In this document: piece after piece, positions 12,520 through 26,128 of the stretch
Numbering within the stretch: the first letter of the stretch is position 1
How the letters are laid out: each line of letters begins with the position of its first letter
Assembly (NCBI GenBank): GCA_001938485.1
Contig: MQRK01218133.1
Coordinates: 1-63,104 of the forward strand
DNA length: 63,104 nt
Direction of reading: 5' to 3'
From: Girardia tigrina
Taxonomy: Eukaryota
The notes under the pieces: model-generated
The model's input: the letters and a program-made list of their open reading frames with translations, nothing else
Databases searched by the model: none
What the model was told of the DNA's origin: nothing
Translations under genes and position numbers: made by a program

Positions 12520-13789
12520 AGACATTTGTTGTACTCACAAAATTATTGTAATATTATTTTTGCAACTTTCCCTTTGTGGTCAAAAAATTATTAGATATTA
12601 AAAATAATAATATGATTTAGAAGTTTGATTATTTCAAGGGATTAAACTATTTAAACATTATATTATGTAAATTGATTACATTTATAGCATTAAAATGATT
12701 AATAGTAAAAAAAATTATATTTTGGATTAAAAAATTTTTAAAATCACTATAATTTATGGTTGTTAAACACAATTCTTATTATTTCACTGAACAGTTTCTT
12801 TCATTTAAAAATTGTAGGTGTATATTAATGTATTTCTAATTGAACTGCAACGTAAATATATAATAATCCTTGTACAAATAGTTTACATGTCTTTCTGTAA
12901 CAGAAACCACATCAAAAACAAATATTTCATAAATCATTCCAGTTCACATTAAACGATCATTCTCAAATTTTAAGATTGTAAAAACTTGTTTGCATTAAAA
13001 CAAAAAAGTTGATACAACGATTTAAGCATGAATATTTGTAACAGTTCGTCATTTCACTTTAGCAGTCGGAATACGCATATCGCTCTGTAGTCTTATATTA
13101 GAAAAGAATACACACTCTCTTTCTTAAAAAATAAAATAAAAAACACCAGATATGAGGAAACCAATGAGCTTAACGAGTGTGTGTTGGCGTGTCATGCAGA
13201 GCCACTGAAATTTCCTAACCCCGATCAAGACAAACAAACACACACACTTTTGTGACTACATCTCAAAGGTTACAGTGAAAACTGAAAAAATCACAATCAA
13301 CTGATCTATCGATTTGGAATCAGCTGTGATGAATTTTATTAATATTATTCTTAATATAATTAATAAAAATAGAATATTACGATAATTTATCATGTACTTT
13401 CAAGTGTTTCGTTATCTTAAAATTGGATTTGTTTGTGTTGAAAATTGATAATTTGATTGTGTTCACAATTCAAACTGGCAATTTCATGTAACATTTGTGT
13501 AAATGAACCAGCCAGTCAATACGGATTGTCCATCGGTGTCCGGATCCGGTGTTCTGATAACCACGACGTCTGTGTCCCGGCCGGCGTTCAGTTGGTGCTC
13601 GAAATGTGGTCAAAGTGTGGGAATAAGCGTGAGTCTATTTCCATTGTTTATAAAATATTTGTTTTTTTATTTTTTCTTTTTTTTATTCCTTTAAACAAAA
13701 GTTAATTGAAATATTTCAAATAAAGAATCCGAAAAACAAAATATCAGTGTTGATTGAGTGTATATATATATATATATAATGCATTTAAA

Positions 13790-14200
13790 CATACCATTTA
13801 GACATATTTCGATCACAATCTTTGATCATCTTCAGTAATTTTATTTTTGATCTATTTTTTTATTATTATTTGTTTTTTTAATTAATATAATTTATTTTAA
13901 TTGTAACCAAATTTTTAAAAATAATATTAAGTTTCATTTTTTTTGGAAAATATTTTAACTATTTTCATTTATTTTATTTAAACATATTTAATATTAACAT
14001 CGCTTTTGGATATTAACCAATGGGTTATAGTGTCTTATTAACAATCATTCACAATGCATCCGCTAATAATTAAAATTAAAATTCTTTTGGTTAATAGAAA
14101 ATTCATTTTTTGAAATTGACGAAGTTCTATCTTTGTAACATTCGCTGTGATCAAATGTTATCAATCATGCGATCAAAATATTTCCAACGTTGATTTTTTA
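13790..14200 (-). mobile_element. Penelope-like element 3' remnant (GIY-YIG tail + pLTR)
   Basis: Minus frame FDHSEC..EFSI..NY*RMHCE*LLIRHYNPLVNIQ, followed by a hammerhead core. Confidence 0.7.
13798..13838 (-). ncRNA. Minimal type I hammerhead ribozyme
   Basis: TTA-CTGAAGA-T-GATCA-AAGATTG-TGATC-GAAA-TATG-TC-TAA: core, 5-bp stem II and 3-bp stem I. Confidence 0.7.
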
Positions 14201-14279
14201 AAAAATTCTTTAAGAAATATATATTCTAAAATTTCAAATTATTGTTCACTAGACTAAATATGTGTGTCTGTAAATAAAT

Positions 14280-15700
14280 ATATCCTGTTACAGAATAATA
14301 TTCTAAAAGCTCATTTTAAAATATAAACATTTCACATGTTTTAATGATTTATTCATCATCATCAGCAATTATAACTTTGTTTGATAAAAATAAAAAATTA
14401 AAATATCAAAAATGTTAAAATAAAAATAATTCTTCACATTTTTTGTAATATCATTAGATATTAATTATAAACTTTTATTTATTTTATTAAACATTTTAAG
14501 ATAATAAACAAGCAGATATAAAAAGAACGTCTTAAAGTTTTTGTAAAAAATGTTCCATTTCTTTTAAAGATTAATGGAACATTCAGAAAGATGAAGTCGT
14601 AATGGTTTCCGTACTAGCACCAAAGTTGGAATAATTTTTATAAAGTTTCTTGAGGATAAAATAAATATATACAAGAAAGTAAACGCCTTAGTTGTACAAG
14701 AGGTACGTGGATAATATCTAACTTGTTTTCAGAAATCAATGCCTCAAATAACCATTCTTAAACTTCATGAATGGTATTCTTCCGAATATTAAATTTACTG
14801 CCTAACTTGAAGTAAATAATCAACTTCTTTCTTCTCAGCAAGATAAATGTACATATCAAACTGAATTTATATAGAAAGATACCATATAAATGTCTATACA
14901 AACCAGAATTTATGTGAGAAAGAATATAGATAAAGTATGATGAAAAGCATAGTTCACAGAGTTCGGAATTTGAATTTAAATTATTTCTTAATGATGCTTG
15001 AAGAATAACAAACAGAGCTTTTTAAATTGGTTACATAAGATACACATACATGGGTTAAGATGATATACCAAAAGAAGAAAACATAGATAATCAAAAATAA
15101 ATCATTAATATATAATATCCTAAAAGATATAAAACATTTTAAAACAATATTTGTTAGAATATTGACTGTGTCAGTAGTTTCAATGGCATCCAAATGCGAA
15201 CTGTCCTCTCAAAAACATCGAAAACGGTTTGAAGATTGCAAGTTAATCTTTTTTCTCTAAATTTAATTATCACAGATGTCAAACATTATTATCAAACTTG
15301 GATGGAATGTAAGACTCGAGTGTCTTCTGTTTCAAAGTTTTCTATTCAATAAAAAGATTTTCATTCACATTACTAGTGTCAGTTTTGTGAATAACTATTG
15401 ATTTGACAGTATAAACTCTTAACTAACATTCGAAATGATAAAATTTACTCCCCTCAATATTTAAAATGTTTAATTAAATAAATACATAATGTGCCATTAA
15501 AATCATAAAATATTTCAATAAAGTATAAATTAGTATTTTTATTTTACAAATTTTGGTGTTTATTTTATTTTTTTAAAAACGTTTTAATTGCTGATGATGA
15601 TGTATGTAAAATCAAATTATGCACAATAATTATATTTTAAAACAAAGCTTTAAGTAAATTATATTTCAAGAAAAATTACATAAATAAATTAAAATATTTT
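14280..15700 (+). mobile_element. Decayed Penelope-like RT flanked by degenerate inverted pLTRs
   Basis: Fragments VVMVSVLAPKL, YKRYVDNI, MNGILPNIKFTA*LEVNNQL and MMKSIVHRV. Inverted flanks at about 14280-14430 and 15540-15700 carry degenerate CTGATGA hammerhead cores. Confidence 0.65.
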
Positions 15701-17649
15701 AATTGAACAGAAAAAACTCAATTTTTCTAAAACAATATTTATTTAATGAATAAATTTATTCTTCGATTTTATTAAGAAAAGAATATTTTTCATTTATATC
15801 GTTTTTTATTCTCTTTGTTTCTTTTATATCATAAATTTTGTTTGCAATAACATTTCTTTTGCTGTTCAAAAGAAAAGAAAGGAAAAAACATTAGTAATTT
15901 TTTTTCTGAGTCTAAATTGTCATTGAAATTTTCTTTAATGTAACTTAGTTTTCTTTTATTGAAAATATAAATAAATTGGTTTTTGGTTTTCTTTTTCATA
16001 TAATTAAATTTTTATTAAGAAATCAGAATTGCTTCAAAATATATTCCTGGAGGAGGGTCAATAAGGAGGCCTGTCTTTTTGTAAAATAAGTAAATATTGA
16101 GTAAATGAAAATGCTTCATTTTCCACATATTAGTACATGAATCTTTTTTCGAAAAATATTTCTAAAGTATATCTTAATAAATGAAAATTAGTTTTTCTTT
16201 TGGTACTTTTAATTTCCTCTTTATTTTGTGGTCTTTTGGTTTGTAATTCAATATACTGAGCTTAGAGTTATAAATTCTATGAATTAAATAAAATATAAAT
16301 AGAAAGCACCAACTACATCAATTTATAGTATCTATTAATAATATGTTGATCAAAATTCTTCCAGGTTATTTAAACGTTATTTTTATTGTATGAGAATTTC
16401 AAAGTTCTTGCATGGAATATTCTAAATTTTACATATGGATGAGGTGTGTTTATTTAGGTGTGCTGAAATTGGAATAAAAAAACACAACCACAGTCAATAA
16501 CATTTATTGTTCAGTGATAATTCGAAATTGTTACATATATTTTTTTTATTTAAACAAATGTAATTTTTTTTAGAAATTGTTTTTTGTTATTTTAATCACA
16601 GCTCCACAGTCCACAATATTTTATAAAAAAAAGATTTATATGTTGAATAAAACGAAAACTAAACGATTTCAAATGTTCAAACTAGCACGTTTGTCTGAAA
16701 AAATAAATAAACTTTTCAATTTTTAATATTATTTTAATCGAAAATAATTTAATTATTTTATTCCTACAACTGATAATTTTATCTTTCCATTTGAGAAAAG
16801 TAATCATGCAAATTATCATTTTCTGATGTCGCTAATTGGAAATCGATAAGCTAAAATATTGACGTTAATTGAAGAGAATCTTTAAGTTATTTTCGATATC
16901 AAATTTAATAAATCGGTTTAAATGTGTAAAATAAATATATATTTAGAAGTCTCATGTGATTAATTGATTTTGTTTGAAAAAATCTGTTTTTTTCCAAATA
17001 ACCAAAAATTAATTTATCGTATTGTTCATTTAATAATATTAACTTTAAAATTCAATGTTAATTTAGTATGATATTCTATGTAATATTTGTTGTAGAATAC
17101 TGATTTTAACCACCATACCTTTGGGTTTTTTTTCCACTATGTAGGTAAAAAAATCACCAGGTTTTTTATTGTTGTAACCAAGATAATAATGTTTGTTATG
17201 GTCCTTTTTGACAATAATAGGACATAAGACCCTTAAATATAACAAATACATACAACACCAAATATTACCTAAATGTTAGGGGTTTGGAACTCATAATAAA
17301 TAAAAAAAATATTTTTTTTTTACATTATTAAATTTTTTTTATAGTGTGATACACTTTAAAGCATCGAATGCACAATCCTACGCCAAGAAGTAAATGGTCC
17401 AATAACAAAAATAAATCTCAATATATTCACTAACAAACATGAAAGTTACACACTATCGAATAAATGAAATAAATTGTTTTTTAGTCTATTTGATAATTGA
17501 CGCAAAAATAAAAGGTCACAATAATTGCAATATAAAACAGTTTTTTGGAAGGAAAAAACACAATACACAAAAGTAAAATTCAATATATATATATATATAT
17601 ATAAATATATATATTCACAAAAGAATGAAGTCAACACTCAGTCAATAAA

Positions 17650-17994
17650 AAAACAAGAGCACAAGTAAAAATGCAGCAAAAAACACATAAAAGTCAGTTA
17701 CAATATACGAAAACACAATAAAAAGTTTATATAAGTGTACGTACTGCGAACTCGCATAGTATGGGGAGATAGATATTTGTGTAAAACATCCTTTCACTTC
17801 ATAATCCTTGAAGATCTAATACGCATATATCGATGATCCATGCGAGTTACCTATATGATTACAAAGGAATGAGTGACGCTTGTTTCGTGTGTCTAGGGAA
17901 CGTCTTTTTGTTGTATGAACAAGCGTCACTCGGGTTGTTGCGATCTGGAAAGTTTTTGACGAGTCACGCTCGTTCAAAGAGGTAGGGGGGTTAA
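17650..17994 (+). mobile_element. Possible piggyBac-like right end
   Basis: Cys-rich fragment YKCTYCE..IC, subterminal hairpins and terminus ...GGGGGG|TTAA. Confidence 0.4.
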
Positions 17995-19085
17995 AGAAAA
18001 CCGCCAAAAATTAAATACTTAATTGAAAATAAAAAAATGTTTACAGTTATAACAATTGATATATTTTATGAAAGAATTTTAAATAAATTTTAAAATAAGT
18101 TTTCAAATAAATTTTAAAATAAATAATAAACGGATTAAACTTTATAATATTTTAAGAAATAATTTTGTTAAATAAAAGGCTTATGGTAAAATTAAATTAA
18201 TTAGTTTTAGAATAAACTTTTATGAAATTTTTAGTTTTAATTTAAAAATAATTTTATTAATTTAAAGTTTTAAAATTTATTAAATTATAAAAAAATGAAT
18301 TCGAAGAAAAATTTAATAGATTAATTTTGGCGAAATAAGTGAATTAAAGAGAAATTTGTTTAATTATGTGAATTATTGTCATTAATAATATTTTGGTGTT
18401 AAATTATGAATCTTGATTCTAATGATAATGATAGTTGCATAAACACTACTTATAATAATATTTTCATTACTTTTCTATTAATTCAAAATAGTTTAAAAAT
18501 TATTCCCAATGTGTTAGAAAACAGAATTGTATACTAAAAAATATTTCGAACAAAATTTAGAATCAAACATTCAAAAATACTTTAAATATAAATATAAAAT
18601 TAGAGCCAAATATTAATCCTCTTCTCGACCCGTTAATTAATATATTGAAACAAATTTAGAAAATCCAAATTTTTTGATGGTGTTATACTTTATTTAATTT
18701 AATAATTTAATCATTTAACTTTGTAGTGTCTCATATTCACTTCGTTTAAAAGCTTTCATCTATAAACAATTGAAACAATTAAATGGTAATCATTTTCAAC
18801 CCTTTTGTGAATTTCGATTCATATTGAATCATAATTTATTTTAGCCTAGTAGAGGCACTTATGGATTATTAAGAAAGTAATAATGTACGATCAATATGAA
18901 AGATTTCTACTTTAAAATAATTTTAAAACGTGATTTTTCAATATTTATATTACTCGAATCTTTTAAAAGTATTATTTATTTTTAGTGTTTTTATTTGTAG
19001 GCTTCCCATTTCTTTCAATGATATTGGTCTCACGTCTCATTAGAGAATATACCCAAACTAAAGAGTATCTATCAGCCCATTGATA

Positions 19086-19181
19086 TTATGAAGAACACCA
19101 ATTTGACTTTTCATTTTTATTTAAACAACAATTTTGATTGTCCTTAAGACAATCTTTGTCAAAACTTTCATACGATTGCAT
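19086..19181 (-). other. Micro-ORF family A copy (31 aa, frameshifted tail)
   Basis: MQSYESFDKDCLKDNQNCCLNKN... Confidence 0.45.
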
Positions 19182-20989
19182 TCTAAACTAAATTGATTAA
19201 TGAAATAATTCTTATTATTTTTTAGCAAATGGGAAATAAATATTTTAATAAAATATTTACTAAAAACTTATTGGATAGGAATTAAAATGACTATTAATTA
19301 TTTAAAAATTTTTAATTTGATTTATTTATTAAAAATTGTAAAAAACTAATTAACTTAAACATAACATATTTCTTCTTATTTATTTAACTGTTTTCTTTAA
19401 ATTTTATGAGTGACATTGTATATTTATTGGAAAACCAAATATGACTTTTTTGTTACATTTATAGTACTTTATATATGAATAGAGAAGGAAAGCCAAAGAT
19501 TTATGCTATTCTCGACCCGTAATTATATATAATACGAATTTCGAAATAACGAAATAACTTGTTATAATTAATAAAAATCCTCCGATATCAGAGGAAAACA
19601 ACGCTTCATTTTCTGTAAATTATAATGCACAGGAATTGTCATTGTCATCTATATTTCACCCAGATCAAGACAAATAAAACGATAATTTAGATAATAAGAT
19701 GTTTTCAAATTGGTTGGTGTCTAAAATTTTTAAAGATTTTTTTACCTGCAGATAAAGTAATATTTTATTTTTATAGTTTTTAACAAAACGGATTAATAAA
19801 ATTATTTCATGTTATTATTTGTACATTTGTTAATCTGCTTTTCTGATAATATGAATTTTCAATTGGTGACCAAATTCAAATGTACAATATTATGAAAATT
19901 GTTAAATAAAATATATTAAAAACATTTTTTAAATTAAAACTTTCAAAGTAAAGATAAAAAAATACATCATTTATTCAATTATAGCACAAGTTTTTACAAA
20001 AAATATGAAAAAATCCATTAGCTACAGATTTGTTGTCCTACTAAAATATTAATTATTTAATTTTAGATTTTAAAACAAAACCGAAGTTTATATAAATTTA
20101 AAATGGAAATTATAATTATTTTTTATATTTTGTAAATCAGTAAAATCACCTAACTACAAGCTTCTGTTGTCGCTTTTTAAATTTAAAATTGTAAAAATAT
20201 TCTGTAATCACATATTAACAAAATCCAAAAATTATTTATTGTAATGATATTAAGGAAAGAGATTTTAAATTTTAAAAGAATATAAGTTTATTTTCAAATT
20301 TATCAATTGTACACATTTATTGATATATATATATATATATATATATATTGATTGCACACACAATTTCTGTTTCTATCGTGACCTGACATCTCAACATATG
20401 ACACTTCATCACGTGACATCTCATCACATCGTCATTTCACCATTCCATTATTATGCGATCGATACACACCTTAAATATATTTAATAATTTCATTACAAAT
20501 TTAATGATATTTTATAAAGTTAACAAAATTAATAAAAGACGTAATAAAAATTTCTAAATATTAAACTTTAAAAATATTATTATTACAAAATAAAAAATAA
20601 GAAATTAATCAAAAAATTATAAATACAAAAACATTTATCACATGACACAACAATATTGTTAATTTCAACATATTCATATTATATAACCAAAAAAAGGTTA
20701 AATTTTTAAGAGTATGAAATAACTTGTTTAACATTTTTTCATGATAAAGATTACATCCAATTTTGTCTTTCTTTTCTAAAACGCGGAATTTTTGTCTTCA
20801 ATGTACAAGAATCTGATTAATTTGATTAATTTTCAATAATGCTAAACACCTCAAACTTTTATACGTTCTTATGCCACCTAAAACATTTTATTTACAAAAC
20901 TGGTGTGTACAAATTAAAGTATTAATTAATTAATTTTATATGTGAAAATAAATTCATACTTTATTAATTAGTGGGTAATGAAATTGAAG

Positions 20990-21260
20990 CATAATCGTAT
21001 GAACCTAGGAAATGACAGTTTCGGTGGTTGATCGATAAGATGGATGCACTGTCTATTGACAGTGGATCAAAACCTACAGATAATGAAATTTTTCCAGGGA
21101 ATCTTAATTATTTAAAATCAAACAAAACCGATTTTTGTCTGACAATTTGTTACAACTGATGAAAAGTGGGTTCATTATCATACTATTGAGACCAAGCACA
21201 ATATAAAAGGAAGAAATAAAAGTTCTCCGTCGCCAAAGAAGACAATGTTGACGAAATAAA
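20990..21260 (+). mobile_element. mariner transposase remnant
   Basis: RWMHCLLTVDQ (cf. WVPRLLT) and FVTTDEKWVHYH (first catalytic Asp). Confidence 0.7.
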
Positions 21261-22114
21261 CTAGGAATTTATGAAATTAACATATTTACAAAAGTTAAAT
21301 TTGTATATGATAATATTATATAATAACAGAATCTTAAGTTAGATTAAAATTTCCATCAAAGAACAATGATTTACTTATTCTTAGAGTATCGTGCCGTATT
21401 TAAATATCCTATTGCATCTGTGAACAAAAATATGTTTTTAAAATTGGATTTCTTTGAAAAAATAAGTTTATCCTGGCTATCCTTATCAAGACTAAATTAA
21501 TAACAAGCTGGAAGCTTCAGTAATCGCGAATCTCTGAATAGAAGCAAAATGAGTATTAACACTAGATCGGCTTTTGAAACATCCCAACTTGAGCATAGCT
21601 ACCAACTTTTACCAAAGCCGATAATGGTTTTCAAATTCAACAGTTTTTACAACCAAGAAGATCTTTATTAAAAATAAAAAATAGGTTTTAGTACTTCTTA
21701 GTCCTCTAAAGTAGATGAATCATCTTGCATTTATAAATTATCTCAAATCTTTAAATTAAAAAACAAACCAGTGTTTTCAAAATATATTTTTAGATTTTAG
21801 TTAAATAAAATTCAAAGAAGAATAACAAGCTTAGTTTTCTAAATTTTACAGGTTTTCAGTAGTACTTTACAATCCTAACCAGTCTGTGACTGGCTTCGGA
21901 TGAGAAATATAAGAAAACAAAATGAATACGATTGAGATTTTAGGAGATCTGAAAAAGAGAACAGACTAAAAGAGACCTGAAAAAAGAGACTACATAAAAT
22001 TATCGTTGTGATTATTAATTTGTTTAAGTATTCTAAAAAGAAAGTTTCTTTAAATCAAATGGCAATTTCGTCAATAAACAAAAATAACACCATTTTAATT
22101 TTAAATTTTTATTT

Positions 22115-22152
22115 GAAAACATGTTTCGCCACTTTTGTGGCATCTTCAGTTC
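22115..22152 (-). ncRNA. Minimal type I hammerhead ribozyme
   Basis: GAA-CTGAAGA-T-GCCAC-AAAA-GTGGC-GAAA-CATG-TT-TTC on the minus strand. Confidence 0.75.
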
Positions 22153-22484
22153 TGTATTTAATTAGAAAGTTATTGTTTATATAGAAAGATGACCATTACG
22201 TCATAGTGTGTTAGGTCAAAATACTCTAATATGATTGGACGAATCACTTTGCACATTTAGACTAGGTTTAAGAAACTTTTTCGGGTTTTGATTAGTAACT
22301 TTGATCACAATTATGAAAGGACAATTACTGAAGCACTCTTGATAAAGTTTCTTAAACCTAGTCTAAATGTGCAAAGTGATTCGTCCAATCATATTANNNN
22401 NNNNNNNNNNNNNNNNNNNNNNNNNNNNNNNNNNNNNNNNNNNNNNATCTTTCTATATAAACAATAACTTTCTAATTAAATACA

Positions 22485-22522
22485 GAACTGAAGATGCCAC
22501 AAAAGTGGCGAAACATGTTTTC
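22485..22522 (+). ncRNA. Minimal type I hammerhead ribozyme (inverted copy)
   Basis: Same motif on the plus strand; adjacent to an assembly gap. Confidence 0.7.
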
Positions 22523-22879
22523 AAATAAAAATTTAAAATTAAAATGGTGTTATTTTTGTTTATTCTAAAAAGATTGTAAATATTAAATAAATTCTATTTG
22601 TTGATATTATGAATCCCGAAGTGAAACCTGGAGATTTAACTATTATAAAATTCAAGTAAATTTTAGTAAAGTTATTAAATTCAAGTAAGATTTTAGAAAA
22701 ATTAAAATTTCAGTAATTAGTAAATATTTCAAATATATTCTTGTAAACCGATTTAAAGTCTAATTAGTAAGTCAAAAAAATATTTTTTTTATATCCATGC
22801 TTTATGTGGGCAGAACTCAGCTTGGCCAACAGAATTTTTTAATTTTTTATTGTATTCTTTTTGAAAATATTTTTTTTAA

Positions 22880-22990
22880 TTAAAGCTTTGCTGGCTTTTG
22901 TTGTTTTTGTAATGGACAACGTTCCATTCCACAGATTTCAATCTATAGCCGATTGAATCGAACGGACAAGACATCAACTTATTTACAATT
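22880..22990 (+). mobile_element. IS630/Tc1-like transposase fragment
   Basis: VVFVMDNVPFHRFQSIAD*IERTRHQLIY, resembling VIVMDN..FH..GH.L.Y. Confidence 0.55.
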
Positions 22991-23279
22991 TCTAGTTCTG
23001 TCTACACTAAGAATGGATATAAAAAGTTTTTTTTGATTTACTAGGTTCTCTAAATACTTCTATAAAATTAGCAGAATCGCACTAATCTTTTTCATATGAA
23101 CTAAAATTAATGAAATCATTATCTTCTAGTTAAAAAACCTAACTTTCGATTTTATTGTTCAATCATTATAAAAAATAAATATATTGATTCTCACTACTTC
23201 TCTAAATTTTGTTACTGGATAAAAATTATTTTCCACTTTTGTAGATTCTCCATTGACTAATTTGATTTCTTCAGTTAAA

Positions 23280-23665
23280 TCAATCATGGTAATTATTAAG
23301 AACACTAATTTGACTTTTAATATTTTTATTAACATAACAAGTTTGATTGTCCTGAAGAAATTCTTTGTCAAAGCTTTCGTACGATTGTATTCTAACTAAT
23401 TGATTAATGGCTTTAATATTATTAATATAAAAAATGGAGAATAACATAAATTGTTAAAATATTTATTCAAAATTTTATTGGTTAAAATTTAAATGATTAT
23501 TAGTTATTTAAAAAAATATATTCAATTTATTTATTTAAAAATTGTAAATAAAATTAATTAAGTTATTTAAAATTTTACAATGATTTTAAATTAGAAATAA
23601 ATTTAAACATTACATATTTTTAGATAATAAGAATTAAAATATTAATCATCCATCTGGGTAGGAGA
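23280..23665 (-). other. Micro-ORF family A cassette (motif + ATA-started 36-codon ORF)
   Basis: Motif at 23650-23665; IQSYESFDKEFLQDNQTCYVNKNIKSQISVLNNYHD*. Confidence 0.5.
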
Positions 23666-24739
23666 GACACATTTCCAAATCCACATACAACATTCAAACA
23701 CAAAAACATTCGAAATATTCCTCACAACAATAATAAATATTTAAAATCATTTTATTTCAATAAATTGAACTCGTAAATACATTTATTTATCATTCAAATA
23801 TATTTTACAAAATATTTAATAAACTTTAAAATTTAGTGGTTGTAATTATACATCCGATTTTGTTTCCTTCACCAAGACGCTGTGAAATTGTCCAATTAAC
23901 TAAAAAACTCATTTCTGGAAACGAAAATTGTAATTATTCGAATAGAGAAACTGTTCTGGTATAAATACAATATAGCGTAAATAAATGATTGTCAATTTAC
24001 GAGATAAGACTGTTTTCAGAGAAAATAAACAGTGTGTATTAACGGTTTCTATTTAGTACGAAAAAAAAACGAATCTAACTTTACATTCTGTGTGAACGAT
24101 AACTTTTTAGATATTAAAATAAAAATTGATTGTTAAATCATTTAATATTTTTTTGTGATTAAACTTCAAAATAGAATTTAAAAATATTTGAAATTTTGTA
24201 TCATTTCATGTATTGTATAATTATAAATAGTTTAGAGAAAATAATAAACTTAAGTCTTATTGAACACAATGGAAAATATTTCAACAATCGTTTACTGTTG
24301 TTTGATAATTAAACACAAAGGAATACATGAATAAAGTAAAGATGAGAAGAACTTTTAATAAATATTGTTTGATATAATATGAAAACATCATTTAAAATTT
24401 TATTTTCAGAATATACGATCCGCTTTTACATGAGTATGAGTTCTGTGTTGCAGCGAAACTGCTGTGATTAGAGTCAGATTACGTTAAGTTATTCAAGACT
24501 GCTGTAAAAATACTTGAATAAAATTTGAAAAACAAGATTCATAAAACTTTATTAACAGTACTTTAGTATGCATTATTAAAGGTACTATTAATACCCTAAA
24601 TTTACTTTAATATTCCTTCGTATGAGTTCCATAACACTTAAACAAAATTATTATTAATTGAATTATTGAAAACAAATAATAATAAATAATAATGGGCCAA
24701 TGAAAATATTTGTGGCGAGAAATAAGATAAATAAAATAA

Positions 24740-25247
24740 AGAAACAAGAGTGGAAAGTACAACTTCTAAAATTCATGAAGAAATTTTGTTATTTGAAAGT
24801 GAAGGCACAAGAGTTGACCACCTTCTAAAAGTATTTGATTATTTACTATCTTTTAAACCAACAAGTGTGGAGTGTGAACGAGCATTCTCAGCAACTGGTC
24901 TTCTTTGTTCAAAAAATTGAACTCGACTAAACGATAAAACCATTGATTCTTTAAGTTTTGTAAGGTGGTATTTTAAAAATACTATTTAATTGAATTATTC
25001 AGATTATTTTTCAAAATTATGTATGTTATGTTGTTTAATCAATGAATTATTTTAATTATATTTGTGGTTAAATATTTATTTTTAATGTTTCATGAGTTTC
25101 AAACAGTTGGTTCTGAATTTTGACACTTATTATAATGATATTTAAGTTTTCATACGAATCCCGGAAATCCTCGGGATTCCTCGAGGACAACAATTTTCAC
25201 TCCGGAAATCCCGGGATTGAATTTTTCAGGGATTTTTGCCATCCCTA
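24740..25247 (+). mobile_element. hAT transposon 3' remnant
   Basis: Dimerisation domain LLSFKPTSVECERAFSATG..TRLNDKTIDSL, CCCGGGATT subterminal repeats and right TIR ...GCCATCCCTA. Confidence 0.85.
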
Positions 25248-26128
25248 ATTATCATGCATCCTTAAGACATGTTCAGTAGGCACTTCCTTGTTATATAGTT
25301 GTTCAAATAGTATTAGGGAATTGAATGTATATGTCAGCATTTATCAATCCTTCATCATCTAGTATTTCCATATTTAAAATCGCCAATTAAAATCATCAAT
25401 TAGAATCATTGCTAAAATAAACAGAAACTTTTCTTGTCATTGAAATATGCGCATGACTGTCTAGTTTTATGTGTTCTCATCACCATCAACCGAAATGAAT
25501 TTGCGGACTACATTCTCTGGTCTAAATTACATTAGATACATCCACTTCTAATCTCAATCGTAAAATCTTTCCTTCGTGTCTCTTTTCTCCAAAGTTTATT
25601 GTAACGGTACTCTTCTGTCAGCTGATAAAGAATCCGATTCGCAGTAAGGCTTATCAAGCATAATTCTTCCGTCATAATTCTGTGAACAACAGTTTTAGTA
25701 TTCCAATAATATCTTCATCCCTCTACAAGATATATGGCTATTTTAATTTACAAATCTGTTCACTCTAGAAATACTTTCATCAGTTTTTAAAATGAACGTA
25801 CGTCTGGTGTTATCTATTCAGTCATTTTCTAAAACTCTCTACCACTTTTAAACTCCTTTGGTATTTGTTGTACTTTTCGTAAATTAATACTTTCATTATA
25901 CCCAGTAGTTTCTAATAAATCGTATAACTATTTAAATTAAAAACTTTAACTAGAAAATTCACTTGATGAACATTGATTTCACTTGCGCAATAACAATTTG
26001 ACAGAATTTGTATATATTCATTGTAAAAACCAATTCCAATTTACATTTAATAAATTTAAACATACATTCAAATATTAATGTTTCCATCTGTTGATTAATT
26101 GTTGTATTTAGAGCCCCTATGTGCAACA

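Larger units (their letters stand above)
22073..22564 (+). mobile_element. 5'-truncated Penelope-like element with inverted pLTR
   Basis: Inverted repeat 22073-22190 / 22447-22564 around the GIY-YIG tail FRVLISNFDHNYERTITEALLIKFLKPSLNVQ. An N gap (22397-22446) lies inside. Confidence 0.75.

Noticed and set aside
13570-13590. miR-92-like GTCCCGGCC
   Set aside because: The ATTGCAC seed is missing and no convincing precursor hairpin was seen.
25260-25920. Possible non-LTR RT remnant on the minus strand
   Set aside because: Only scattered weak motifs; it cannot be supported without a search.
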